The notes below the pieces were generated by a model. The model saw only the letters and a list, made by a program, of their open reading frames with translations. It made no database searches and had not been told where the DNA came from. From assembly GCA_048937405.1 (NCBI GenBank), contig JBHLNF010000006.1:1-64000 (forward strand): DNA of 64,000 nucleotides, given 5' to 3'. Of this stretch, positions 1 to 9,499 are shown piece after piece (the stretch's first letter is position 1; each line of letters opens with the position of its first letter). This DNA is from Promethearchaeota archaeon. Lineage in GTDB: Archaea > Asgardarchaeota > Lokiarchaeia > Sigyniarchaeales > SOKP01. The position numbers and the translations under genes are program-made.

Positions 1-5
1 CAAAA

Positions 6-596
6 TTATAATTTTTCTTCTTTATTACTTGAAAATTTTCGAAAAGCAAAAATAATTCTCTGAATTACAGTAATATTCGTTCCAATTGCTAATATTATCA
101 TCGTCCACCAAAAAGCATATGAAAACCAAATTTGTAAAATTGCTCCAATAAGTAAAATTGGTACACGATCTGTACGTTCTAATATTCCAACACCATATAA
201 ATTTTCAATGCCTAATGCTTCAATCTTAGCACGTGTATAGGATGTTAAAAAAGCTCCAAAAATAACAATTAACCCAATTTCTATTGTAGTATATCCACCT
301 AGTATAATTCCAAAGAATAAAAAAAAGTCTCCAATTCTATCTAATGTAGAATCTAAGAATCCTCCCAATGTTGTAGGTCCTTGAAGTCGTGCTACAACTC
401 CATCTAATTGATCAAAAAATTCAGTAATGAAAAGAAAAATAATTATTATTATCAGGAATTGAAATATAAATCCAAAAAAAGTAATTATCGCTGAAATTAA
501 ACCAAAAAGAGTAAAATAATTAGCTGGGACGTTCTTTAATTTTCTACCTAATGGGAGTAATAGTTTTTCTGAGAATTTTTTAACTTGTAATAACAT
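6..596 (-). CDS. CDP-alcohol phosphatidyltransferase (archaetidylinositol-phosphate synthase-like)
   Basis: DxxDGxxAR...GxxLDxxxDRxxD motif (DQLDGVVAR...GGFLDSTLDRIGD); multi-TM. ATG at 596 preferred over the track start at 641. Confidence 0.9.
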   Translation of the reverse strand: MLLQVKKFSEKLLLPLGRKLKNVPANYFTLFGLISAIITFFGFIFQFLIIIIIFLFITEFFDQLDGVVARLQGPTTLGGFLDSTLDRIGDFFLFFGIILGGYTTIEIGLIVIFGAFLTSYTRAKIEALGIENLYGVGILERTDRVPILLIGAILQIWFSYAFWWTMIILAIGTNITVIQRIIFAFRKFSSNKEEKL

Positions 597-772
597 TTTA
601 TCATCTTCTTTAGAAATATATAAAAATAAAGAATCTCGCACTTAAAAATTATAAAAATAATAAAAATAAATTTCTTAAACTTAATTTATTTAGATTATTG
701 ATTTTTATTAGTTTATCATTATTCAAAAAAAAAATTATGTTATTTTTTAAAAAAAGAATCTTGATACATTTT

Positions 773-2266
773 TTATCTGTTATATAATGGTTTAAATTTC
801 GTTTCAATATATTTCATGAAATAGTCAGGATTTAGTTCTTCTCCAGTAACTCTTTTTATTAAATCATTAGCCCTATATATTTTTCCATATTGATATAAAT
901 TTTCCTTTAAATAATTAAAAAGATTAGAAAATTCTCCTTTCTCACAGTCCTTATTAAAACTAGGATTGTCTTTTAATGCTTTTTGATAGATCTGGGCACC
1001 ATAGAGATTACCAAGTGCGTAAGTGGGAAAATAGCCAAATCCCCCGCTAGACCAATGAGCATCTTGTAATAGCCCTATTGCATCATTCGGTGGAATGATT
1101 CCTAGTAATTCTTCCATTTTTTCATTCCATAAGATGGGTAACTCACTTATTTGAAGATTATCTTCAATCATCATTTTTTCTAGTTCAAATCGTAAGATAA
1201 TATGTAATCCATAAGTCACCTCATCTGCATCTACCCTAATAAATGAGGGATGAACAATATTTATTGTTCTATAAAATTCTTCTAAGGGATAATTTTTTAA
1301 ATTTTCAGGAAAATATTTTTGGAAAATTGGATACCAGTATATCCAAAATTCTTTACTTCGACCCACAATATTTTCCCACATTCTTGATTGGGATTCACCA
1401 ATTCCATATGAACATGAATCTGCTAAAATTGTATCACGAATATCTTCATTAAATCCCATATAATATAGAGCATGACCACATTCATGAATAGTTGAAAAAA
1501 GACAATCTATTAGAAAATTATCCCGTATTCTCGTGGTTATTCTAATATCTTTCGATGATAAAGAAACAGTAAATGGATGAGTAGATTTATCTTGACGTCC
1601 AATATTAAAATTAAAATTTAATTTTTTAATTATATCTAGACTTAGTTGCCATTGTTTCTCAGGATCATAATATCTCTTTAATATTGATTGATCTGGTTTA
1701 TTAGAAGAATTTTCTAATGTTTTAATGAATTTTATTAATTTAGGTTTAAGATTAGTAAAGATTTTTAAAATCCAATCGTAAGTTGCTCCGGGTTCATATA
1801 GATCAATTAATGTTGAATATAAGTTTGGTCCTGTATCTAGTTTTTCAGCATATTCTATCTGAAGGTAGATCATTTTTTCAAGACAAGGTTGAAAAATTGA
1901 AAAGTCACTTTTTTTTCTTGCTTTCTCCCATTCATTATAACCCAAACTTGATTGTTTAGTAATTTCTCCCAATAGATCCTCAGGTACTCTATTTGCTTGT
2001 TCATACAGTCTTTTTGCTTCTCTTATCATAGCAAAATCCGCATCCTTGAGATTATCTAATTTTTCAGCATTCCTGATTAAATCTCCCGTTTTATCTGATT
2101 TTATTCTTTTTTGAATCAAATTTTGAATTAATACCAGTTGGTCAGCCCTTCCTTTAACCGAACCTTTGGGCATATTAACTTGCTGATCCCAACTTAAAAG
2201 ATTTTTAATATAACTTAATTTTTTTATTTCATTGAAATGATCCCAAAGTTTTTTCATCAAATTCAA
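773..2266 (-). CDS. M32 carboxypeptidase (carboxypeptidase Taq family), paralogue 1
   Basis: HECGH, HPF, DIRITTR, IRVDADE, QDAHW, GYFPTYALG motifs; the HESQ motif reads GESQ. Confidence 0.93.
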   Translation of the reverse strand: MNLMKKLWDHFNEIKKLSYIKNLLSWDQQVNMPKGSVKGRADQLVLIQNLIQKRIKSDKTGDLIRNAEKLDNLKDADFAMIREAKRLYEQANRVPEDLLGEITKQSSLGYNEWEKARKKSDFSIFQPCLEKMIYLQIEYAEKLDTGPNLYSTLIDLYEPGATYDWILKIFTNLKPKLIKFIKTLENSSNKPDQSILKRYYDPEKQWQLSLDIIKKLNFNFNIGRQDKSTHPFTVSLSSKDIRITTRIRDNFLIDCLFSTIHECGHALYYMGFNEDIRDTILADSCSYGIGESQSRMWENIVGRSKEFWIYWYPIFQKYFPENLKNYPLEEFYRTINIVHPSFIRVDADEVTYGLHIILRFELEKMMIEDNLQISELPILWNEKMEELLGIIPPNDAIGLLQDAHWSSGGFGYFPTYALGNLYGAQIYQKALKDNPSFNKDCEKGEFSNLFNYLKENLYQYGKIYRANDLIKRVTGEELNPDYFMKYIETKFKPLYNR

Positions 2267-2405
2267 AATTAATTCTTAATATGAGAAATTTTCTGATATA
2301 TTTTGAAAAATTTTATCAATATTTTATATATAATTATTGGTTTTGATAATAATAATTATTTTTTATAAAAAAAAGAATATTAAGAAATAAGATAAAAATA
2401 GAAAC

Positions 2406-3899
2406 TCATAACCCATAAATAGGATAAAATTTCTTTTCAATGTATTTCATAAAATATTCAGGTTTTAAGTCTTCTCCTGTAACTCTCTTTATTAGGTCAT
2501 TAGCACGGTAAATACTACCATATTGGTGAATATTATCTCTAAGATATTTTAATAAATTAGAAAATTCACCCTTCTTATAATCTTCAGATAAGTTGGGAAA
2601 TTGTTTCAGAGCACTATTGTAAAACTGAGCACAATAGAGATTTCCTAAAAAATAGGTAGGAAAATATCCAATATACCCACTACCCCAATGTACATCTTGT
2701 AAAACTCCTAATGTATCATTTGGAGGGATGACACCAAGTAATTCCTCAAATCTAGAATTCCATAACTCTGGTAATTCTTCTACTTGAATTTTATTGTCAA
2801 TCAGGTCTTTTTCAATTTCAAATCGAAGAATAATATGTAATCCATAAGTTACTTCGTCTGCTTCTACCCTTATAAATGATGGATGAACATAATTAATAGC
2901 TCTATGAAATTCCTCCATAGGATAATTTTTTAAATTCTCAGGAAAATATTTTTGAAATATTGGATACCAATAAATCCAGAATTCTTTACTTCTCCCTACA
3001 ATATTTTCCCACATTCTTGATTGGGATTCATGAATACCCATTGAAGTACCAGTACATAAAATTGTATCATGTAATTCTTTCATTATACCCAGTTCATAGA
3101 GAGCATGACCACATTCATGAATTGTACCAGTAATGCAAGCTGGAAACGGTTCTGTTGTTCTAGTGGTTATCCTTATATCTAAAGAAGCAAGCGATGTAGT
3201 GAAAGGATGTGCAGATTTATCTTGTCGTCCTTGTTCAAAATCATAGTTTAATTTCTTTAAAATTTCATAAGTTAATTCATATTGCTTATCAGGATCATAA
3301 TCTTTATTTAATATAGAATCATCAGGTTTATCGGGAGCAGATTCTAGCTTTTTAACAAAATCAGTTAATTTAGGTTTTATTGGATTAAAAATATTAGCGA
3401 TCCAATCATAAGTAGCTCCAGGCTCATATAAATCAATTAAAGTTGAATAGAGATCAGAGTGAGTTTCGAGTTTCCTTGCCTTTTCTCTTTGTAATTCTAT
3501 AGTTTTTTCTAGTAAAGGAATAAACGAGTTAAAATCATTGTTCTGTCTCGCTTTTTGCCATGTTTGTTGTGCTAATGTGGAAGTTTTTTGTATTTCCACA
3601 ACCAATTCTTCTGGTAACTTTGTTTCCTGTTCATATTCTCTTTTTGCTTCTCTTAGCATAGCGGCATCAATATCATTGAGATCACTAACTTTTTCAGCAT
3701 TTCTTATTAATTTTCCTGCTTTTTCTGATGTCAATCTCTTGTGTATAAGTTTAGTTATTAGGGCCATTTGTTCTGATCGACCATCAACATTTTTATAGTC
3801 CATCATATTTACTTGTTGGTCCCATCCTAATAATGCCAATATATAGTTCAATCTCATAATTTCATTAAAATATTCTCGAAGTTGTTTCATAACACTCAT
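2406..3899 (-). CDS. M32 carboxypeptidase, paralogue 2
   Basis: HECGH, HESQSR, IRVEADE, QDVHW, GYFPTY motifs; tandem paralogue of 773..2266. Confidence 0.95.
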   Translation of the reverse strand: MSVMKQLREYFNEIMRLNYILALLGWDQQVNMMDYKNVDGRSEQMALITKLIHKRLTSEKAGKLIRNAEKVSDLNDIDAAMLREAKREYEQETKLPEELVVEIQKTSTLAQQTWQKARQNNDFNSFIPLLEKTIELQREKARKLETHSDLYSTLIDLYEPGATYDWIANIFNPIKPKLTDFVKKLESAPDKPDDSILNKDYDPDKQYELTYEILKKLNYDFEQGRQDKSAHPFTTSLASLDIRITTRTTEPFPACITGTIHECGHALYELGIMKELHDTILCTGTSMGIHESQSRMWENIVGRSKEFWIYWYPIFQKYFPENLKNYPMEEFHRAINYVHPSFIRVEADEVTYGLHIILRFEIEKDLIDNKIQVEELPELWNSRFEELLGVIPPNDTLGVLQDVHWGSGYIGYFPTYFLGNLYCAQFYNSALKQFPNLSEDYKKGEFSNLLKYLRDNIHQYGSIYRANDLIKRVTGEDLKPEYFMKYIEKKFYPIYGL

Positions 3900-4058
3900 T
3901 TTTGGTTCACATTTATGAAAATATTAAATGTCAATTTGTTAAACTCGTTTGGTTTAATCAATATAATATGTTTAGTAATTAATTGAATATTTAATTATTT
4001 TAAAAGAACTATATTATGAACTATTTTTGAACTAGTGATGAGAAAGTCAAAGAATTCT

Positions 4059-5618
4059 TTACTGGGACATTTTTTCTTGTTTTACAAAAAAATCAGCAGC
4101 TAGTTTAATATCATCTATTGTTATATCTCTCCCTAAAGATTTTTCTAATTCTGTTATCAAATTATCACATAGTTCCAAACTAAGAGAACTTCCTTTCTGA
4201 ATTATTATTTTTTGCAATTCTTTAGTAAAATCAACGACTAAAGGTTTTTTTATGTCTTGTTCTAACTCCTTATGGGGTCCAAATAGTTCCATTGGCATTT
4301 CAGTTTCTGGTTTTGATTCTTTTTTTTCTTTTTTGGAAACTGAAATTGGTTTTATAATCTTTAGTTCAGACTTCTGAGTTATAGGAGGTATTATCTCTTT
4401 TTCTGTATCAAATTTTTGAAAAGATACCAATTCTTTCATTGATTTTGAAGGAGAAACTGTTTCTTCTTCAGGAATTGATTCTATCTCTAATAGTTGATCT
4501 AAGGCTTCCGAATCTGGAAGGGCTTTTACTGTAACTTTTCGAGTAAAGACTAATGGTTTTGCTAATTCAAAATCCTTTTCTTTCACTACTTTTTTTCTTT
4601 TATCCATCTCTTCTTGAATTTTTTTAGTTAAATTCTCAATTTTTTGTTCTAAGGTTTTTGTATATTTTACATTTTGGTATGATTTACTTGTATTAAGTAA
4701 TTCCTTATAATTAGCTAATGCTTCAATTTTTTTTCCTTCTAAAACCAAGTTATCTGTTTTTTTCACTAATTCAATAAATTCAGTTGGTAATTTCTTTCTC
4801 AAATTTAGAACTGTCATAATAAACTGTTCAATTTTCGATTTGGCATCAGCATCTCTTAAAGAAATTTCTTCGAAATCAGAAAAACCTAACTCATTTTTTA
4901 TCAATTTCATGTCTGTATCTTCAATCAAATCTCTCTTATTCCCAATCATCAATAGTTTTGAATTTTTACCCTCAATTAAATGAAGCTTCATAAAATGGTT
5001 TATCATTTTTAAATTATAATTTGCTAAATTGAACAGAAAGATAACCAAATCAGATCCACGTATAAATTTTGACCATAAAAGAGAGAAATTATCATTTAAT
5101 TGGAAATCCCAAATATCAAAACAAACATGATCTATTTCTAAAATAGATGTTTTAGCAAAATCCATATGAATCCTTTCTTTTCCGCTTTTTAACATTTCGT
5201 AAAGTGTTGTTTTTCCCGCTCCTGTAGGACCAATTATAGCAATTTTTGAGTGTAAATCCTTTTGTAATTGACTCAAAAACTCATTTAATTCGCCAGTTTC
5301 CCGACTAGGTTCACTTACTTTAAGTGGATCAGGAAATAATTGTTTAAATTTCTCGATTGTTTTTATTATCATTTCATCGATATATTGAATTGAATCCACT
5401 AGATCTGTAATAAACAGAAAAAATAATTTATCAGATGCTCTATGAAATATCTGAAAATCAGTCAAATTTCGTTGAAATGTTTTACCTATTATCGGCATAT
5501 CAATGTATTTTTGTATTATCTTTTTTACATTATCTAATTCATCACTACCAAGTGCCATAGCAAAATTTTTAACAAATACTAGATTGGATTCTAGAAAAAT
5601 ATGAATTTGCCTCAACAT
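4059..5618 (-). CDS. Multidomain small GTPase (N-terminal longin-like domain, Ras/Arf-like G domain, helical and low-complexity C-terminus)
   Basis: G1 GPTGAGKT, G3 region DIWDFQL (no DxxG), G4 NKRD; N-terminal ~120 aa has a longin-like beta/alpha pattern. Confidence 0.75.
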   Translation of the reverse strand: MLRQIHIFLESNLVFVKNFAMALGSDELDNVKKIIQKYIDMPIIGKTFQRNLTDFQIFHRASDKLFFLFITDLVDSIQYIDEMIIKTIEKFKQLFPDPLKVSEPSRETGELNEFLSQLQKDLHSKIAIIGPTGAGKTTLYEMLKSGKERIHMDFAKTSILEIDHVCFDIWDFQLNDNFSLLWSKFIRGSDLVIFLFNLANYNLKMINHFMKLHLIEGKNSKLLMIGNKRDLIEDTDMKLIKNELGFSDFEEISLRDADAKSKIEQFIMTVLNLRKKLPTEFIELVKKTDNLVLEGKKIEALANYKELLNTSKSYQNVKYTKTLEQKIENLTKKIQEEMDKRKKVVKEKDFELAKPLVFTRKVTVKALPDSEALDQLLEIESIPEEETVSPSKSMKELVSFQKFDTEKEIIPPITQKSELKIIKPISVSKKEKKESKPETEMPMELFGPHKELEQDIKKPLVVDFTKELQKIIIQKGSSLSLELCDNLITELEKSLGRDITIDDIKLAADFFVKQEKMSQ

Positions 5619-5852
5619 ATTCGTTCAAACCTAATTAGATTGATTGGAAATGTTATTTTTATATGTAAAGAAGAAACGTTTATTAATATTTTTAATTGAC
5701 AAAAGAATTAAAACTTCTTTACTTATAATTTAGAATAACAATAAAAAATATTAGAATTTATTAATTTTTATTTCTAGAATAAGCCGAAACATCCTAAATC
5801 TTAACTAACTAAAAATTTTTAAAAAGAAAAAAAAGTTTGAACTGTTATTTAA

Positions 5853-6806
5853 ATGCCTTTAAATGAAGAACATATTTTAAAGTATTTAAGCAATTTATCG
5901 GATGCAAAAACTAAAGCAGAACTAATTGGTCTTTTAAAAACCAGGATAGATAAACTTTGTTTTGAGGAATGTGAACGAGATAGAATTGCATGTACTTTAC
6001 AACCAAAATGTTCAAGAAGATTTTTATTAAAATTAAGGATAAAGTCAGGACTTACTATTGAAGATTTACCCAAATTTTGCTATAGTGTCCATAAAGGAGT
6101 AAATGAAAGATTTTTTAGAAATAAAACTGTAATTTATAGACCTTATGATAATTACCTCTATTTGATTGATTTTTTAGATATTTTTTTTCATGGTGATTAT
6201 CGTAAATTAAATAAATTCATTTCATTTAATAAATGGGATGATGTATTTAAGATATTTGATGACAGAATTCAGAACAGAGATGAGAATTTTGATTATTTAT
6301 TAGTAGAGGATTACATTATTTTCAAATTTGGAGATCGATTACATATTGCCTTTTTAAAAGAAAAATATGTTCTATGCAATGCCAATCGTGAAGATATAGC
6401 TAGTCTTGAATTATTATATGGAATTTGTAAATTATATGCAGCCTTATATTTTTCTGAAGTTAACCTAACATATATACCATCCAAACATATAGAGATCACT
6501 CTTAAAGTACCTTCTGATGTTCTAACAAAACTTTCAGGAGAATCCTCTGAAACAAGAGATTCTAAAGCGGATCAATATTTCTGGGATACTTTTTGGGAGG
6601 ATCTTAATGCATTAACCCAATATTGTAATCAAATTAATTTAAATACTGATACAAATCAAAATCTAGAAATTGTATTGTACATCAATCTTTTAACTAATAA
6701 TTATGATGAAGAAGGACAAAAATCACGATTAAGATTTAGAGATTTAAGATTAATTTTCAATTTTATAACACGAATTTATACAGATTATTATATTATTTGG
6801 GTGTAG
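5853..6806 (+). CDS. Hypothetical protein with an N-terminal Cys cluster (possible metal binding)
   Basis: Long ORF; CFEEC..IAC..PKC..FC in the N-terminal part. Confidence 0.6.
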   Translation: MPLNEEHILKYLSNLSDAKTKAELIGLLKTRIDKLCFEECERDRIACTLQPKCSRRFLLKLRIKSGLTIEDLPKFCYSVHKGVNERFFRNKTVIYRPYDNYLYLIDFLDIFFHGDYRKLNKFISFNKWDDVFKIFDDRIQNRDENFDYLLVEDYIIFKFGDRLHIAFLKEKYVLCNANREDIASLELLYGICKLYAALYFSEVNLTYIPSKHIEITLKVPSDVLTKLSGESSETRDSKADQYFWDTFWEDLNALTQYCNQINLNTDTNQNLEIVLYINLLTNNYDEEGQKSRLRFRDLRLIFNFITRIYTDYYIIWV

Positions 6807-6832
6807 AAAAAAGAGAAATAGAGGAGAATTTT

Positions 6833-8104
6833 ATGAATAGTGAAAAAAACAATTTGATAGAAATTAATCAATTAAAAGATTTCGTAAATGATGGTAGATT
6901 TGATGATGCTGTACAAATAATTGCACTCTATCTTGGCGATGCTAGTGAAGAAGATTATTTAGATAGACTTGAAGAAGTAATCGAAGCTTTATTAACATTA
7001 CATGGTGGGCGCACTGTTTTACGCTTTTTAATTGAAAACCTCATCATTGATATACCATCTCTGTTAGAAAATTTATCAAAAAAAGATTCAGTACTAAGAT
7101 ATACTTTTTTATTACTTTTGAAAACAATTTGTGAGAAAGAAGCTGATTTATTTCTTCCTTATAGTGAAGATTTATTAAATTCAGAAGATCCTAATGTCCG
7201 AGAAGCTGCTTTGCAGTTATTAATCTATATGGCTGAAGGAGAAGCAACTATTGATAATACAGCACTGATAAAAGTAATCTTAAAAAGATTATCTGATGAG
7301 AAGGAATTTGTAATAGAAAAAGCAGTACAAGTTTTAAAAGCTATAGGGCATATATCTCCTGGATTGATAACAAAAGTTTTAAAAGAGTATGCAAAAGAAA
7401 TTGCTATTGTTCCAGAAAATGAAGATTTGAAAGAATATATTGATCAAGTATTGAAATCTATTGTTTCAGTCGATAAAATTGAGGAGATAGTAGAAAAAGA
7501 AAATATAATAAAAGAACCTTCTGAAGATCAACTTGAGAAATTAAAAACAGATGAAAGAAGGGATATTTCAATAGAAAAAGAAGAATCTGAAATATTGGAT
7601 AAGGAATTTGAATTAAAAAAGAAAGAATTGGAAATTAAAAAAAGAAAATTGGAATTGGAAGAAAAGGAGAAAGAAATAGAAGAAAAAGTAATACAAAAAA
7701 AAGAAGAAGTCCTTAAATTAAAAGAGGAAATCTTAGAAAAGGAGAGCGATATTGGTGAAGAACCCGAAAAAAAAATACCTAAAAAACTCAAGAAAAAAGA
7801 AGAGGAAATTATTGATAAAGAGATCGAGTTAAAAAAGAAAGACATTGAAATCAAGAAAAAAAAATTAGAGATTGAAGAAAAAGAAAAGGAATTGGAAGAA
7901 AAAGAAATTCGGGAGAGGGAAAAAGCTTTAAAAATAAAAGAAGAGCTAATTGAAAAAGAAAAAGAGTTATCCCAAGTTGAAATTGAATTAAAACAAAAAT
8001 CTATAGAACAAAAAGAACAGAAAATCGTGGACCTGGAAAAAAAGAGAGTTGAGGAAGAATTAGAAAAGGTTCATCATAAGGAAGAAGAAAACAATAATAA
8101 TTAA
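6833..8104 (+). CDS. HEAT/ARM-repeat protein with a long charged coiled-coil tail
   Basis: HEAT-like units (LLNSEDPNVREAALQLL; LSDEKEFVIEKAVQVLKAIG) followed by a K/E-rich coiled coil; ATG 6833 follows a GAGGAG RBS. Confidence 0.75.
   Translation: MNSEKNNLIEINQLKDFVNDGRFDDAVQIIALYLGDASEEDYLDRLEEVIEALLTLHGGRTVLRFLIENLIIDIPSLLENLSKKDSVLRYTFLLLLKTICEKEADLFLPYSEDLLNSEDPNVREAALQLLIYMAEGEATIDNTALIKVILKRLSDEKEFVIEKAVQVLKAIGHISPGLITKVLKEYAKEIAIVPENEDLKEYIDQVLKSIVSVDKIEEIVEKENIIKEPSEDQLEKLKTDERRDISIEKEESEILDKEFELKKKELEIKKRKLELEEKEKEIEEKVIQKKEEVLKLKEEILEKESDIGEEPEKKIPKKLKKKEEEIIDKEIELKKKDIEIKKKKLEIEEKEKELEEKEIREREKALKIKEELIEKEKELSQVEIELKQKSIEQKEQKIVDLEKKRVEEELEKVHHKEEENNNN
7574..7965 (+). repeat. Intragenic ~72-codon tandem duplication in the coiled coil
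   Basis: EILDKEFELKKKELEIKKRKLELEEKEKEIEEK..KEEILEKE vs EIIDKEIELKKKDIEIKKKKLEIEEKEKELEEK..KEELIEKE, offset 216 bp. Confidence 0.75.
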
Positions 8105-9165
8105 TCCTCTGGCTCATCTTCCTCAAAATCTGTACTTGACACAGGTTTACTCTCAATAGGCGCAGTATGTAATCGTCGGACTATCTTTCTTATTTCTTCG
8201 ATTTTCATACTTTCAGGAGGTAAACTTACTTGAATTTCTTTTGCCAGTTTATAAGCAAGTTCTATATATTGTAAATCTTCAAGAAATTCAACAATTTGAA
8301 TTTGATAATCTGTATCAACATCTTTCCCATATTCCATAAGCTTTTCTTTTAATAAAATGTCAATTTTATCTGATCTCTCAACATATTTAACTTTTTTTAC
8401 AAGTTGCTTAAAACTATTCATAATGTTGTACATTTCAGTTTTTGCATAGCTATCAATGTTTTTCAGTACATAAAAAATATAAATTTCTGCTTTCTCCCAT
8501 CTTTTAAATTTTAAACTGGCTTCAACCAATTCTAATAATGCTAATTCATAAAGGAATTTACTTTCAATATTTGGTATAATTTTTTCAAATATCCAATCAA
8601 GCAAATTCGGTTGATCGAACTTATCAATAATATCTATTAAAAATTTTTCTACAGCAAAATATAATTTAGCGTTTTCCGTTTTAGTAGAACTAAGAAAAGA
8701 TACTAATGCATATTTAACTCGTCCCATAGCATCTTCCAGATTTAATGGAGTCTCAGCAAATTTATAAAAAGCTGATTCTAGAATAGGAGTAATTTTATCT
8801 TTTGCTTCAAAATCGTAAACAAAATATTCACCCCAAGCAGGGCTTAGACCTGAAGTCTTTTTAGAGGTTTTTGATTTTTTTGTTCCTGAAGTACTTGAAT
8901 CGGTTGTGGTTTTAGTTTTCTTAGTTTTTAATTTCTCGGACAATTCTTTAACTTGCTCATCAGATAAAAACTCTAAGATTATCTTATCTTTCTCTTTTGG
9001 AACCATTAATTTAAAAAATGTGTCTACATCTTCCTCAAATAATAAGTCCCTCAGTTCTTTTGGGAAAGTAATTCCTGTTTTTGTTTTTTTTACAATATCT
9101 TCAAAAAAGAGTTCATCGTTGGAATTCTGATCTTCTTCCATATGTATATTATTTATAATACACAT
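8101..9165 (-). CDS. Hypothetical protein with an AbrB/MazE-like N-terminal motif and a helical C-terminal domain
   Basis: GITFPKELRDLL resembles the swapped-hairpin G-x-I-x-I-P-K-E-x-R motif; real start probably MEEDQ (~9141). Confidence 0.55.
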   Translation of the reverse strand: MCIINNIHMEEDQNSNDELFFEDIVKKTKTGITFPKELRDLLFEEDVDTFFKLMVPKEKDKIILEFLSDEQVKELSEKLKTKKTKTTTDSSTSGTKKSKTSKKTSGLSPAWGEYFVYDFEAKDKITPILESAFYKFAETPLNLEDAMGRVKYALVSFLSSTKTENAKLYFAVEKFLIDIIDKFDQPNLLDWIFEKIIPNIESKFLYELALLELVEASLKFKRWEKAEIYIFYVLKNIDSYAKTEMYNIMNSFKQLVKKVKYVERSDKIDILLKEKLMEYGKDVDTDYQIQIVEFLEDLQYIELAYKLAKEIQVSLPPESMKIEEIRKIVRRLHTAPIESKPVSSTDFEEDEPED

Positions 9166-9224
9166 TTAAAATTCATTATTGAAGATTGAAGAAAAATCTC
9201 TTACCAATTGATAAATAGTTTTAA

Positions 9225-9262
9225 TTAACCATTAATATTAACTAATTCTACACCACGATGAT
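9225..9262 (-). repeat. Duplicated 3' end of the 11193..11786 gene (28-bp exact direct repeat with 11203-11230)
   Basis: ATATTAACTAATTCTACACCACGATGAT at 9235-9262 and 11203-11230; on the minus strand reads HRGVELVNING* versus HRGVELVNISG*. Confidence 0.9.
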
Positions 9263-9499
9263 GATTTTTTTTTTTTTTAAAATTGGAGAAACATAGATTT
9301 AGATTATTCTATTTAGAGTTGAAATAATTTCTATTTAATTGTGATATCCTCAGAAGCATCAAATTTTTTGTTTTAATTTGTAGAATATTGAGAAAAGTTT
9401 TTATACTAAAGTGTTAATTTCTTTATTTAGTTTTTAAGATTACAATTTTATAATCAAATTTTAACGAATTGTGAAATATAAGATTAAGAGGGTAGAAAT

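Noticed and set aside
7528-7854. Antisense ORFs in the track (e.g. 7528..7854, 15478..15978, 23220..23582, 51971..52327, 57312..57599)
   Set aside because: Shadows of well-supported genes on the opposite strand, with S/F/I-biased composition and no motifs.
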